DNA of 62,254 nucleotides from a virus: IMG/VR virus record IMGVR_UViG_3300045988_101293, positions 1 to 62,254 of that record; one strand, 5' to 3'. Shown piece by piece: positions 45,501 to 53,235 of this stretch (position 1 is its first letter; each line of letters starts with the position of its first letter). The notes under the pieces were generated by a model. It saw only the letters and a program-made list of their open reading frames with translations, ran no database searches and was not told where the DNA came from. The position numbers and the translations under genes were made by a program.

Positions 45501-48500
45501 TGATTTGCAAGACGGATAGTTACTACTATCCCATTTTTTGTTTCAAATGTTGCATATTCGCTGCCGCTTCCCAAACGTTTCGCACCAAGAGCCTTAGCCA
45601 CGTCACCGATAAAAGTTTTAGGCTGCGTTGCAGATTTATCTAATTTATTAGCAAGTTCATCTACATTTTTCAGTACCTTTGCACCATCAGCACTTGAAAC
45701 GACAGTTAATGACCTTGGATTATTTCCAAGAGAGGCGGTTTCAAGTGCTCTTTTTTGTTTTGCACTTAACCTTACTTCTCTTCCATTCGCCATATCAAGC
45801 ACCTGCTGACCTTTTTCTGTGCCAAGCACATCAAGGCCACTTTCCTTCATGTGGTCTATCACTGCATCACGAAGTATAGTCTCCTCACGCGTAGGGAGCT
45901 GTGCAGACTTTCCGTCAGCCTTCTGTTGACGCAAATCTTCTGGCAAAGCACTATACTTCTGCGTTACCATTTCATCTGCGGCATCTATTTCCTTCTTTGC
46001 CTCTGCATACATCTGCTTTAGCACGGGGTCAGCCTTCATTGCTTTGCGCTCCTGCAATCCTTTTTCTGAAGTGCTTTCTGCTGATGTCGTAGCCTGAGTA
46101 GGATAATGCTCAGATACATAGTCTTGTATTTTATCCTCCCATTTCTGTTCCACGTCTTCCAGATGGTCTAAAGCCTTTTCATATTCAAGGACTTCATTCC
46201 GTTCCACAACATCCTTCTTCACCGACGAGTACTCACCAAAAGGCTTTGTCTTACGCTTGCTCGACTCTATCCACTTCTCAAAGTCTTCGAGGTTCACTGC
46301 CGTCACGTCTATTCTGCGCCCGTCTTCCCAACCTTTCTCATAGTTAGCAAGATAGTCGCTCTTGGCTTCGTCAGCATCGTTGAATCCAAGCATCACCTTA
46401 TGCTCGTCAAAACTGCCATCTGGGTTGTACTGGTCCACTACAAACACCTTGCGTCCGTTCCAACCATCAATGTCATTAGAGAGGAACACGTCTATATGGT
46501 CACCATCAACACCCACTGCACCACGAATGTAGCCATAAGTGTTGTTCATCTTGCTTTCCCACTGCTTACCGTCAGCATCAGTGCCCTTACGCACACTTCC
46601 CTGCGGTTGCTCAATGGTGATGTCGAACGTACCGACTTGCACATGTCCCTTCTTGTAGTTGCCTGCCTCCTTCTGCGCCTCAGTGGGTTCGGTGTTCACT
46701 TCGGCTGAGGCGGTGGCGATCTTCTCACTCAACGGGGTATCACCATTACCCGAAGGCCCAACATCACCCTTTGCCGAAGATTTCTCACCCTCGGTTGCAC
46801 CTCTTTCCACATCTGCGTCGGCTGTTACTGCTGATGTATCGTTTGTTTGCTTGCCATCTGTACCGCTCGTGCCAACATCATTGCTTTGTTTGCTGCTTTG
46901 GTTTCTTTGGCCTTGTCCGTCTGCAAGGGACGTGGCTGTTGTATTGTATTCTCGTCCATTGTTTAATGCTTTGTTTACTTCGTTAATAATTTCGGTTTTG
47001 CTCTTTACACCACCCACAAACATATCGCCTATGCCTTGGGCAGCATCAGTGGCTTGCTCGTTGTAAAAAGCAATCACCTTTTTAAGTTGTGTGCTACGAC
47101 CATCGTTCAACACATCGGCCAACATCATCACGGCCATGTTGTTAAAGTCTGCCACAGTTGCCCCTTCATCGTATTCAAACAAATTGCCTTGGTGGGCAAA
47201 GTAGCTCACGTGTTGACCCAACTTGTAGCCAGCCTTACGCGCTCTGTACACTAAGTTCACCGCTTCGGCCAATTCGTTTGAAAGGTTATAGCCACCGCCC
47301 AAACGATTGTTTTGCACAATGTCCTGCAAGGCAGTCATAACCGCTTGTCGCATGCTTTTTACCTCGGTAATTTGGCGCACTGCATCGGGGTTGGCTTGGA
47401 ACACCTTGCCAATCATTACCCCCTCAATCATACTTTGGCCAGCTTCGCTCAACTTACCACCATCAAACAGGTGGGCCATTTCGGTTTGCGGAATGATGTC
47501 AGCTTCGGCCAACTGCTTAACTACGGCATAAGTAGCATTGTCGTCAGCATAAAATTCGCCTAACGTGTCGTACTTGCTAACCATGTCCATTATACGGCCA
47601 AAGAGCGCATCATTCACTACTTTGCCCATTTTAACGGCCATCTCTGTATTGTTCTGGCTCTTTTGCTCACGTTGGTTAAACTTGGCAAAGGTGTCGGCGT
47701 TGTAAGGCATAGCTTCATTAGGAACAAACACCACACGTGGGTGCTTAAAACCATTCACTTGCTCTGGTGTAAAGCCAAACTTATTAGCATGCGAATGAAG
47801 GTAATCAACATATTTTGTGTCAGTTCCATCTTGTGCAGCCAGTTCGCCAGCCATTGTGCGTCCGTTGCCCGAAAGCACCACACCCTCTTGGCTCACCACC
47901 ACAGGCGACTGCAAGGCACGTTGGTCATAATCAGTGGCCATACTGCGTGTAACTTGTTGCGCTTCTTGGTCGCGTTTGTAGTCGCGGTCGTTCACACTCT
48001 GCCCATTCTCGTCAATAGGGAAGCCTTCGGTTTCGGCAAAGCCATTAGTGGCTTGATGCGAAGCACTTGCAGCCCCACTCTCGGTCAGCACATAGTGTCC
48101 CTTAACCACCTCGCCATTAGGCAAAGTAATTTCATCGGCATCGCCATTCTCCTTTTTAGCTGCGTTCCATTTATCACGAATAGTAGGAGCTACGGCATTG
48201 CTGCCCAACTCGGCTTGTTCAGTGGCCTTGCGTGCATCATCCTGCATGCGTTGTTGCTCCTCGGCCACGGCTTGCTCGTGCAAAGCTTTATCTTTTTCAT
48301 CACGAGCATGTCTTTCAGCGAGCAACACCTTGTCGTGTTCTGCTTTCACGCTCTGCCAATAGTCAACGGCCTTTTGAGCTTCTTCAACACGGGTTGTGTA
48401 GGCTTCTTTCGCTTCCTTATATGCAGCTATGCTTGTACCCATTTTAGGTTTACCATTCTTCACCTTATCAAGGTTCTTCTGCGCTTCGGCAAGTTTGTTG

Positions 48501-51500
48501 TTCACAAACTCTCGTCCCTCATCTGCATCAAGTCCACTTTCGCCACCAAAAATGTAGTCAAATCCACGTTTAGGAGTAGTGGCAAGCCAATCCTCGGTTT
48601 GCACGGCATTCTTTCCCTTGCCAACAGTGTGCATGGGCATAGGTTCATTTTGTGGTGCTTCGGCTTGCGAGGTTGCTGATTGTTCGGTGTCCGTTTCGTT
48701 ACTTGCTTCTTCCGTCTTGTTTTCATCTTTGCTCCAAATATGCTCCCCATTGTTATAGACATTTTGAATCACATTGTCTAACTCTCGTTTAGAGTATCTT
48801 AAAACGCGGCCATCGTCAGTAACGATTTCAACCTCGTCACTTGCATCACGACTATTTACCTTACCTCGTATATTCTCACCATTATCAGGGTCATTCAGTT
48901 CAACCTCATCACCATAATGCAACTCTGGCTTTTGTTGTGCGTTCTCTTCATTTGAAGCTAAAATCTCTGCATCGCCACTCTTCAACTTTTTGTCAAGTGC
49001 AGAACGGGTCCAATGAAAATCCTTTCCATTTTCGTCAATCAGTTCAACACGGCTATCGTCCACCTTACCAATGGTGTATTCATTGCCATTTATCGAAACA
49101 CGTAGGCCCTCTGCAAGGGTAGGTGCTTCGGTTGCATTCTCTGTTCCTTCAGTAGGTTTATTTGTATTTTCACTATTGTCGCTTTCTGTTCCATGCACAT
49201 AAACTTCAGTATCGTGCTTAAAGCCATCACGTACCCATTGTCTGTAAGTGTCAATAGGCAATTCAATAATCCGTCCGTCTTCAGTTTTAACTACAACCGA
49301 TTTAGGCTGCGCTGCAACACCACGTGTGTCGTCCTTAGTACTTTCTTCATATTTAATGCCCTCAATGGTAGCCACTCCTCGGCTCTTACCATCGTAAAGC
49401 ACCACTTGGTCGTTTGGTTCGGGTAACGTTTTACCATTAACTATGCTATTGAGTATGCCTTCATAATTTAAGTCAACTAAATCAGCATTTTTTTGTTTCA
49501 ACTCGTGGGCATCAGTCTGCTGTATAATTGTAACTTGTTTGGGCGAAAGTGAAGCAACACGGCCATCTTCGGTATAACGAACCACAACCATGTCTGTATT
49601 GTTCGAGCTATCAGCATTGCCACTAATCACATAACATTCGCGTCCCATATCATCAGTGGCTCGCTCAATCATACCACTATCTTTGTTGGTAGCAGCATCT
49701 ACTTTTGCATCAAGTTTTTGAACGGCTTCAAGTTGCGAAGTAATTAACGACTCCGACACACCTCGTTGCATAGATAGGGCTGTACAATAGTGGTCTATTG
49801 CACGCTTAATCGGTTCTATGTTAGTGGTATTTACGCTTTGTCCATTGGGCAATTTGGCTTTTTCATTATCAACAAATTGTTGTGTAAGTTCTTCATAAAT
49901 TTGTCCCAACGATTTGTTTGTGTCAGCAAACAAAGCATCAACCTGTTCGGGTCTAATACCGAGTAAGTTAGCCAAAGTATTTCGGCTTGCATCAAGGCTT
50001 TCACGCATTTGTGCCATTTGGTCAGGACTTTTCACTTGCGTGCCTGCTATGTAAGCATCGTTATAGCGAATGTCAAACTCATTCGGTTTGCTCTTTTCGT
50101 TACCAACCTTGGCAAACAAGTCAAATGCTTGCAAAGTATTTCGTGTGGCAATGTATTGCGATATGGTTTCACGCTGTGGCTTTGAAAGGTTCTCGTTAGC
50201 CAATACACCATTTTGATAGGCTTGCAAGTTTTTGTCGTTGTCAATCAATCGGTCAACATCGGCTTTTATGCCATTCCAGTCCGTTTCACCCCATGCAGCA
50301 CTCCCTTGCGCGTCATATTGTGCAAGGCTTTTATTTAAATTGATCTTTTGATTGTAGTAGCCAACAGTTCCAACAAGGTTGTTTTGAGCCACCAAATAAG
50401 CATTGCTAACGAATGCGCCCCATAGTTTGTCAAGTTGGTCAGACTTAATATCGTCCCAACTTACATCTCCAACCGTCATAGCATTCAGCATTTCGCTAAG
50501 GTTGGTTTGTGCATAAAAGGTGAGAGTGCCACCCATACCAGCACGTTTTAGGTTGCCACTCACATATTTACCCACTTCGGTTGCAGCCTTACCAACATTG
50601 GCAGCTTTGCTAAAAGTTTCGGTTATGCGTGCAAATGAGGACCCGTCAATAAATCGGCCAACACTTTTGTTCCATGCACCTTTGGCCACGTTTGCTACCT
50701 TACCATCAACATATTTTGAAAATGGCATAAACACTTCGCCTACACGCATACCGACCCATTGCGACCACTCTCGCAACATAGTGTCTGCTTCAACCTTTCC
50801 ATCGGGGGCCTGGTTCATGTGGGTAAAAGGTTGGTCGTTCACCTTTATGCCTTCACGATTAATCTCCACCACATTAGCTTGCCCTGTGCGGTTGTTCGTT
50901 ACGTTAGCAATAGCGTGTGGCACTGAAAGCACTACACCTTCAACACTACCTTGTGCAGCCTTGCCTACTATGGTCGAAACCCCATTGGCCACTCCTAAAC
51001 GGCCAGCCACATAGCCAGCAGCACCGCCTATGCCACCTTCACGCATGGCTTGACGTGTACCCTCAGCAAGGGTGGTTTGCACCAGTTCTTTTGCGCCTAA
51101 TCGCTTTGCTGTATTGGGCATATAGCGCAATGTGGCCTTTTTAACAAGTCCACGCATACCGCCTGTTAGAATTTTACCAACAGCCTCTGTGCCTTTAAAC
51201 AATGGCAGTCCAGCTTGAATACCGAATTGAGTTAAACCACCTAAAGAATATCCCGTTCCATAATAGTCTAACTTTTGTCTGTACTCTTCGGCCATATTGT
51301 CTAACTGAATGGCAGTAGCTATCACTTTCTTAGCATTTGCTTCGCCACCAAACTTTTCAATCAAGTCTTTGGGCGGATTGTTGGCTATTTTGTTCAATGA
51401 TACAGCATCAGCCACACCAAGCAACCCAAATGTTAAGCCATTCAAGTCTGTCAATCCGTTCCAAAACTGCAAGGCTGCACTATAATTGCGTTTTTCAAGG

Positions 51501-53233
51501 TAACGTGGCGCAACCTCTAAAAACTTTTCGTAACGGCGGATAACAGAACGTATGCCATTATCCTCTTCCACACCTTTGCCCATTATGCTAAAACGCAATT
51601 TTGTATTAAGGTTATGGCTTATTCCATTTAGCACATTTAGCGTCCGCTCGGCTTGCTTCATTACTGCTTGCGTCCGTTCTTTATCAGTGAGCATGTTGTA
51701 TTGCTCATTCATTTGCTTGCGGTTGTGCTTCAAAAACTCCACCTCTTCGTTTTGCCCATTGCCAACATTATAATAGCCCACATTGGCTTGTCCTTTAAGC
51801 ATTTGGTTGTAGTAGTCGGCTTCATCTTTGTAGGCAGCCTTTTGGCTCTCGCTTAAATCTTGCCACTTTGTAGTGTTGGCCCAAAATCTTTCGGGGTTGA
51901 TGATGTTTGATGTTGAATAAACATCGCCTTGCGCTGGGTTAGCTTTACTCTGCTCGTTTGATTGAAGCAACTCGTTGTAGGCTCGTCTGTTATCGGCCAC
52001 AGTGGCACGGCCCGTGGTTTGCACCAAAGGTGTTTGAATTAGTCCAGCACGAGTTACGAGGTAGGGGTAACTTGCTCCATTAATAATACGTGGGTCGCCA
52101 CTCTTAAAGTTGTATTGTTCGTTGAGCCAGTCTGAAACGGAATTGCTACCACGGAACTTGCGTGCGTTACGTGTTCGTTCAACAAGATTGGTCCATTGCT
52201 TTGCTTCACTTTCAAGGTTGCTTTTATTCAGTGAACGCAACTTTAATTGGGCAGTATAATCCAACCATTCAGGCATTTCGCCTCCATTGCTATAAAGATA
52301 GGCTGCATACCATTGGTAGTACTTATTCTTTTCTCTTGGCGAAGCATCAAGTATGGCATCAGTTGGGCGATAAGTATCATCAGTGGGAGCAGTCAAGGCT
52401 TCATAATCTCTGCGAATTTCGGGATCTTTAATGTTGTACTGCAAGTCATATGTGCCTTTTGCTTGCTGCATGGCACGTAACGTAAACACATAGTCCTGGT
52501 TGTGAGGTATTGTCTTTCGGCTAAACGAAATGGGCCACACCTCTGTACCACTCTCCGACTGAAATGGTTGATTGCCTGTTTCAACTACTGCGTGGCCTTG
52601 TTGTTGCACTTTGGCTTGTTGCTGTGCAAGTTCTTTTTGAAAGGCATTAAATGCAGCAATTTCATCGGGGTCGTTTCTTCGCTTTACATTTTCCACCTCA
52701 TTATTCCATCTCGCGTTGTATTGTTGCTCTGTTTGGCCAGTACTTAAGGTAGGCTTTATGTTGCGCCACGTCCACAACTTTTGTCGGTCATTAAGGCTCA
52801 TAACTTGCTGCCGTGGTTGTGGCGCATTCATTGTGGCTTGCGGTGGCATTGCTTGCGATGAGCTTTGCTGATTATGCACTTGCGCTATCTGTTTATTGCC
52901 TTGCTCCGTTTGCCCAACTTTGCTCGTTATGGGGAGTGATTGCTGGAATTGTGCCTGTTGCGGTTGTTGTGGTTGCGGTTGATTAGGTTGAGCATTTGTG
53001 GGTTGTGAAGGTTGGACTTGTTCAGGCTTTACCTTGTCGCCCATCATATCTTTTTCAAACTGCTCAAACGTGCCAACATCATAATCCTCATGAATGGCAT
53101 TCCACAAGTTTTTGCGTGCTTCGGCACTTTGCATACTCTTTTCAAACTGCTCGGCTGTGCCAAGGTCAAAGTCGCCTTTTAACGCTTCATATAAGTTTCT
53201 GCGGTTATTTTTATCTTCAATCTCGTTAATCAT
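36509..53233 (-). CDS. Giant polyvalent protein (5,574 aa) with multiple predicted enzymatic modules; probable packaged/ejected effector
   Basis: Single uninterrupted ORF. Contains three HExxH motifs, an HGS...GxGxY ART-like signature, a ParB-like block, a pyrophosphatase-fold-like acidic block and a C-terminal hydrophobic helix. Confidence 0.85.
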   Translation of the reverse strand: MINEIEDKNNRRNLYEALKGDFDLGTAEQFEKSMQSAEARKNLWNAIHEDYDVGTFEQFEKDMMGDKVKPEQVQPSQPTNAQPNQPQPQQPQQAQFQQSLPITSKVGQTEQGNKQIAQVHNQQSSSQAMPPQATMNAPQPRQQVMSLNDRQKLWTWRNIKPTLSTGQTEQQYNARWNNEVENVKRRNDPDEIAAFNAFQKELAQQQAKVQQQGHAVVETGNQPFQSESGTEVWPISFSRKTIPHNQDYVFTLRAMQQAKGTYDLQYNIKDPEIRRDYEALTAPTDDTYRPTDAILDASPREKNKYYQWYAAYLYSNGGEMPEWLDYTAQLKLRSLNKSNLESEAKQWTNLVERTRNARKFRGSNSVSDWLNEQYNFKSGDPRIINGASYPYLVTRAGLIQTPLVQTTGRATVADNRRAYNELLQSNEQSKANPAQGDVYSTSNIINPERFWANTTKWQDLSESQKAAYKDEADYYNQMLKGQANVGYYNVGNGQNEEVEFLKHNRKQMNEQYNMLTDKERTQAVMKQAERTLNVLNGISHNLNTKLRFSIMGKGVEEDNGIRSVIRRYEKFLEVAPRYLEKRNYSAALQFWNGLTDLNGLTFGLLGVADAVSLNKIANNPPKDLIEKFGGEANAKKVIATAIQLDNMAEEYRQKLDYYGTGYSLGGLTQFGIQAGLPLFKGTEAVGKILTGGMRGLVKKATLRYMPNTAKRLGAKELVQTTLAEGTRQAMREGGIGGAAGYVAGRLGVANGVSTIVGKAAQGSVEGVVLSVPHAIANVTNNRTGQANVVEINREGIKVNDQPFTHMNQAPDGKVEADTMLREWSQWVGMRVGEVFMPFSKYVDGKVANVAKGAWNKSVGRFIDGSSFARITETFSKAANVGKAATEVGKYVSGNLKRAGMGGTLTFYAQTNLSEMLNAMTVGDVSWDDIKSDQLDKLWGAFVSNAYLVAQNNLVGTVGYYNQKINLNKSLAQYDAQGSAAWGETDWNGIKADVDRLIDNDKNLQAYQNGVLANENLSKPQRETISQYIATRNTLQAFDLFAKVGNEKSKPNEFDIRYNDAYIAGTQVKSPDQMAQMRESLDASRNTLANLLGIRPEQVDALFADTNKSLGQIYEELTQQFVDNEKAKLPNGQSVNTTNIEPIKRAIDHYCTALSMQRGVSESLITSQLEAVQKLDAKVDAATNKDSGMIERATDDMGRECYVISGNADSSNNTDMVVVRYTEDGRVASLSPKQVTIIQQTDAHELKQKNADLVDLNYEGILNSIVNGKTLPEPNDQVVLYDGKSRGVATIEGIKYEESTKDDTRGVAAQPKSVVVKTEDGRIIELPIDTYRQWVRDGFKHDTEVYVHGTESDNSENTNKPTEGTENATEAPTLAEGLRVSINGNEYTIGKVDDSRVELIDENGKDFHWTRSALDKKLKSGDAEILASNEENAQQKPELHYGDEVELNDPDNGENIRGKVNSRDASDEVEIVTDDGRVLRYSKRELDNVIQNVYNNGEHIWSKDENKTEEASNETDTEQSATSQAEAPQNEPMPMHTVGKGKNAVQTEDWLATTPKRGFDYIFGGESGLDADEGREFVNNKLAEAQKNLDKVKNGKPKMGTSIAAYKEAKEAYTTRVEEAQKAVDYWQSVKAEHDKVLLAERHARDEKDKALHEQAVAEEQQRMQDDARKATEQAELGSNAVAPTIRDKWNAAKKENGDADEITLPNGEVVKGHYVLTESGAASASHQATNGFAETEGFPIDENGQSVNDRDYKRDQEAQQVTRSMATDYDQRALQSPVVVSQEGVVLSGNGRTMAGELAAQDGTDTKYVDYLHSHANKFGFTPEQVNGFKHPRVVFVPNEAMPYNADTFAKFNQREQKSQNNTEMAVKMGKVVNDALFGRIMDMVSKYDTLGEFYADDNATYAVVKQLAEADIIPQTEMAHLFDGGKLSEAGQSMIEGVMIGKVFQANPDAVRQITEVKSMRQAVMTALQDIVQNNRLGGGYNLSNELAEAVNLVYRARKAGYKLGQHVSYFAHQGNLFEYDEGATVADFNNMAVMMLADVLNDGRSTQLKKVIAFYNEQATDAAQGIGDMFVGGVKSKTEIINEVNKALNNGREYNTTATSLADGQGQRNQSSKQSNDVGTSGTDGKQTNDTSAVTADADVERGATEGEKSSAKGDVGPSGNGDTPLSEKIATASAEVNTEPTEAQKEAGNYKKGHVQVGTFDITIEQPQGSVRKGTDADGKQWESKMNNTYGYIRGAVGVDGDHIDVFLSNDIDGWNGRKVFVVDQYNPDGSFDEHKVMLGFNDADEAKSDYLANYEKGWEDGRRIDVTAVNLEDFEKWIESSKRKTKPFGEYSSVKKDVVERNEVLEYEKALDHLEDVEQKWEDKIQDYVSEHYPTQATTSAESTSEKGLQERKAMKADPVLKQMYAEAKKEIDAADEMVTQKYSALPEDLRQQKADGKSAQLPTREETILRDAVIDHMKESGLDVLGTEKGQQVLDMANGREVRLSAKQKRALETASLGNNPRSLTVVSSADGAKVLKNVDELANKLDKSATQPKTFIGDVAKALGAKRLGSGSEYATFETKNGIVVTIRLANHNAHVSGFDYNGRDNGISIVISPKPNEKIKNDGNAHIIEYYYDSIKLRRAEGKPLAEIVRSIQQSLYSGDFKDTTGLAEREEVNEDMIREQRVYHGSGADFDHFDHSHMGEGEGAQAYGWGTYVTEVEGIGRTYAESTSKKPTYLYGGKEMSSDEFHDYVLGEIGDWNENMLNDFMYNLERYGVTRAKDILKKGDLARYKNLFYQSLGDTRNYAEGKIKAARTLLSLKGIRIRKPKSHLYTIEIPDDKGKNYLDWNGHPAESLLKDVGSFLESNGFERVQDSPARYEKGKSTVVLNPNATGADLYAELQEALGSDKKASQTLAELGYIGIKYPADNMRGGREDGAKNYVIFNENDAKITDHVRFFKTKNGEAYGFTIGGKIYIDPKVATSETPVHEYAHLWASALKANNAKEWQNVVGLMKGTSVWEEVKKLYPELKSDDEIADEVLATYSGRRGAERLRKEMDDIAKSNGNVFDKATAMNAMHRVKQAIEKFWKAVADFLHIHYTSAEQVADQVMKDLLDGVDPRSMMDGGKSLRPETRINIVAAKAEHGFKNYAEAKAWAKEHIARTYSSKETGGKGDIRISNAAVDKYLSQSAVDKSDSKDVHLSVLKVLPDVIRESVDAEQHEDFKKGEDGVRSAENGINPNVTIHRLYGAVRMDGKLYRVKVTLKENTRTKETPKAYSYEATKIELLEGSFSQTEGSHNLEPSNSKSEVSAGQHGNVSGLTSTFPRYSDKSITAANLLNGVEKSYGGGKFFEDYNKIREQFIGEQGAERADHAEEVTTRLDNLSVAREMENDKKDAKAIKMATGWERGSDGKWRYEITDLKYFSKGDAGYKKAREKQPWSKELDGLSDRIFDGEELSESEYQRFDELAQKEEKFKKDYLNREKPHLADWVENDELFKAYPDLKRVKMVFTDQLPVNVCGSYNEREHTIVVNTNYVGDIASVLAHEVQHAIQKIEGFARGGNPESMQERFDAAKKEWRARAWADELRYKADEMGEHYNQAAVEKALIDEYKEMGMDNDEWMPDKETRMKGFNYFARGYADRSLDADIKNFRLNESTRSEFSPYVEYTKLGGEVESRNVEHRMNMTPEERIASLAAETEDVSREDQIFLMSGDGGNANSEMPQERETDDDYSEFAKEHGVDADMVKDYASGMKTGNLQKANIALAEIRRTMRVANRGMKLSEFSKLFRPVQKELAERYGDIETLRKEHIDAVMREQGVMEAARKRAEEEEAKRKAHLEDMSLLSTEELDKRYFDAIENGDEVAAREMLDEAARRKGYDDTESDYQGVGAWSAPSNPGYESDAARREDVEENAPDVNIEDIALGYSLVDEKYWQEPRKYMQTDATAVESVNAIREAIAAVRRGEKNVKVKVYRAVPTSVKEGKLRNGDWVTPSKGYAEMHGNNRLEGKYRIIEDEVPVSELWWDGNDSREWGFDDGRGYKYKNVENNRKLNDLVTRDDNGEIIPPSKRFDENVEDVRFRETEPKTLKGEEALAALDNIFSEPTSESLPKSISTLESFKEVFKHPIRTFLGELVKVKDEVFNKIIREKRSNISGAVLSTIENADFAIRDKDGSTLYIKRFKSDNSGNTYNIVAVNKHGEVEDYVSSVHIKRDGNLRNKIKNGAELLLPQERNTDGTLSRNNSTPTAKVENNPDTSQLSLQEKSMHQAAKAVANEMHLGGNVDVLTSTDGLTGRKKNAKGWYDPQTGRITIVLPNHNGRADVVNTMLHEAVGHYGLRELVGKEKMNEFLDFVFKNADKATRSQIAHNSAKYGWDMRKATEEYMASMAEDRTFKNVNKRWWHQLKLAFLKMLHKLGFAGFSGTTLSDNDLRYLLWRSWKNLAEGPARNIYQVAEDTWRQQHLKVGDFAEPKAVDAKTREQNLYYREERERKSARDEYERSVNTAKHKMNLAWVDSMSGLKLLQDAIVPNEKDLKDWENAYMAENRMSSTNLAEMETYKKSFYKDLLDAEQELLDKGTIHEQVTNYMMAKHGLERNEVLAFRDALKHDFANDKQKMSAAWKAYKNDATAQQNKTDFESGKISWDDYKANDTAIREKYAPSYKKYRSKDYSGLTELTTDDPSIKSYQDQIATLKEQLNNERDDATKKSIRIKIAKLNKEMVNEAERIAENSSSNFEKKYDTSELWNRTNAATKASLTKQYESGLLTDEVYHHTLDMFKNYIPLRGFDDVTSDEVYNYFGNAKGQFGGGIRSAKGRKSKADDPIATIGNMAESAIMQGNRNQMKQHFLKMVLNHPSDAVSVDQLYLHYDAATQEWKPVFAEFDEHDDANAVAQKVEAFNQRMETLCQQKPDEYKKASEAHDIQYKVVGKNINEHQVHVKMQGKDYVLTINGNHEAAQALNGQTNPDSTDNPFIKFFQSTNHFMAAMFTQKNPAFILSNLSRDSFYANSMVWAKESPAYAWKFNKNWGKSLYTLFGLITRQRKGTLNMNDKVDRMYQEFIENGGETGYTFLHSVDDYKNMIAKALKESRRSGWNPKSWLKFLDNLINYLGTWAENTSRFAAYRTSREMGRSIEKSIWDAKEISVNFNKKGAGAKAAGKWEDGNRLNVMQAYMSQSAKELYVFWNAGVQGLSNVSRTFGKSKGKTLAVAGLYFAIGTALPMLMAALSQGSGDDDTNYYDLPDWVRRNNLCFYTGKGWVTIPLPIELRAFYGLGELAQSVLSGNEEYTATDIATKMLEQVSQLFPVDFMEGGGSLTSFVPSYAKPIVEAYVTNKDYTGTPIYKDAEYNKNRPEWTKAYKGTNQALVWASRLLNELGGGDDVKKANVGVMDVNPAKIQHLFEGYFGGLGKFVFQTMKVASMPFNEDNRELKNVPIINSFYKTSDERTKDRAITSKFYKYNDEYQKTKELLSLYKKELQAPEYKSKFYDLMYSPEGFSATMMDSYNKQLSAVRKAMSVTDPNSDKYKELQQQQVDIQKQAVKVIEATKGVVNSEDKEMKELYNLWMQDYSNDPKKAEERSNKTIEMRKDIVKRIIDIAKQNKPQKK
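37640..37720 (-). other. Hydrophobic (TM-like) helix in the C-terminal module of the giant protein
   Basis: TLAVAGLYFAIGTALPMLMAALSQG. Confidence 0.5.
40304..40321 (-). other. Zincin HExxH motif 3 of the giant protein
   Basis: NTMLHEAVGHYGLRELVG. Confidence 0.6.
42644..42658 (-). other. Zincin HExxH motif 2 of the giant protein
   Basis: SVLAHEVQHAIQKIEGFARGGN, with LGGEVESRNVEHR downstream. Confidence 0.6.
44306..44320 (-). other. Zincin HExxH motif 1 of the giant protein
   Basis: TPVHEYAHLWASAL, with DEIADEVLATYSG downstream. Confidence 0.6.
45134..45223 (-). other. PARP/diphtheria-toxin-type (H-Y-x) ADP-ribosyltransferase-like signature in the giant protein
   Basis: VYHGSGADFDHFDHSHMGEGEGAQAYGWGTYVTE. 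Confidence 0.45.
46320..46670 (-). other. Acidic-cluster domain resembling the inorganic-pyrophosphatase fold, in the giant protein
   Basis: GNYKKGHVQVGTFDITIEQPQGSVRKG...YGYIRGAVGVDGDHIDVFL...VVDQYNPDGSFDEHKVMLGF. Confidence 0.4.
47855..47872 (-). other. ParB/sulfiredoxin-like core motif in the giant protein
   Basis: PVVVSQEGVVLSGNGRTMAGELAA, preceded by SHQATNGF...NDRDYKRDQ. Confidence 0.45.
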
Positions 53234-53235
53234 AA

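Noticed and set aside
36509-53233. Dozens of plus-strand ORFs of 60-338 aa inside the giant gene (for example 47663..48679, 43685..44152, 50520..51014)
   Set aside because: All lie antisense to a continuous 5,574-codon frame. They have Leu/Ser/Cys/His-rich compositions typical of shadow ORFs, with no promoters, motifs or packing logic.
36509-53233. Giant ORF as a tape-measure protein
   Set aside because: It has catalytic-type motifs and globular-looking repeats rather than the long uniform helical sequence of tape measures. No tube or chaperone-frameshift genes accompany it.
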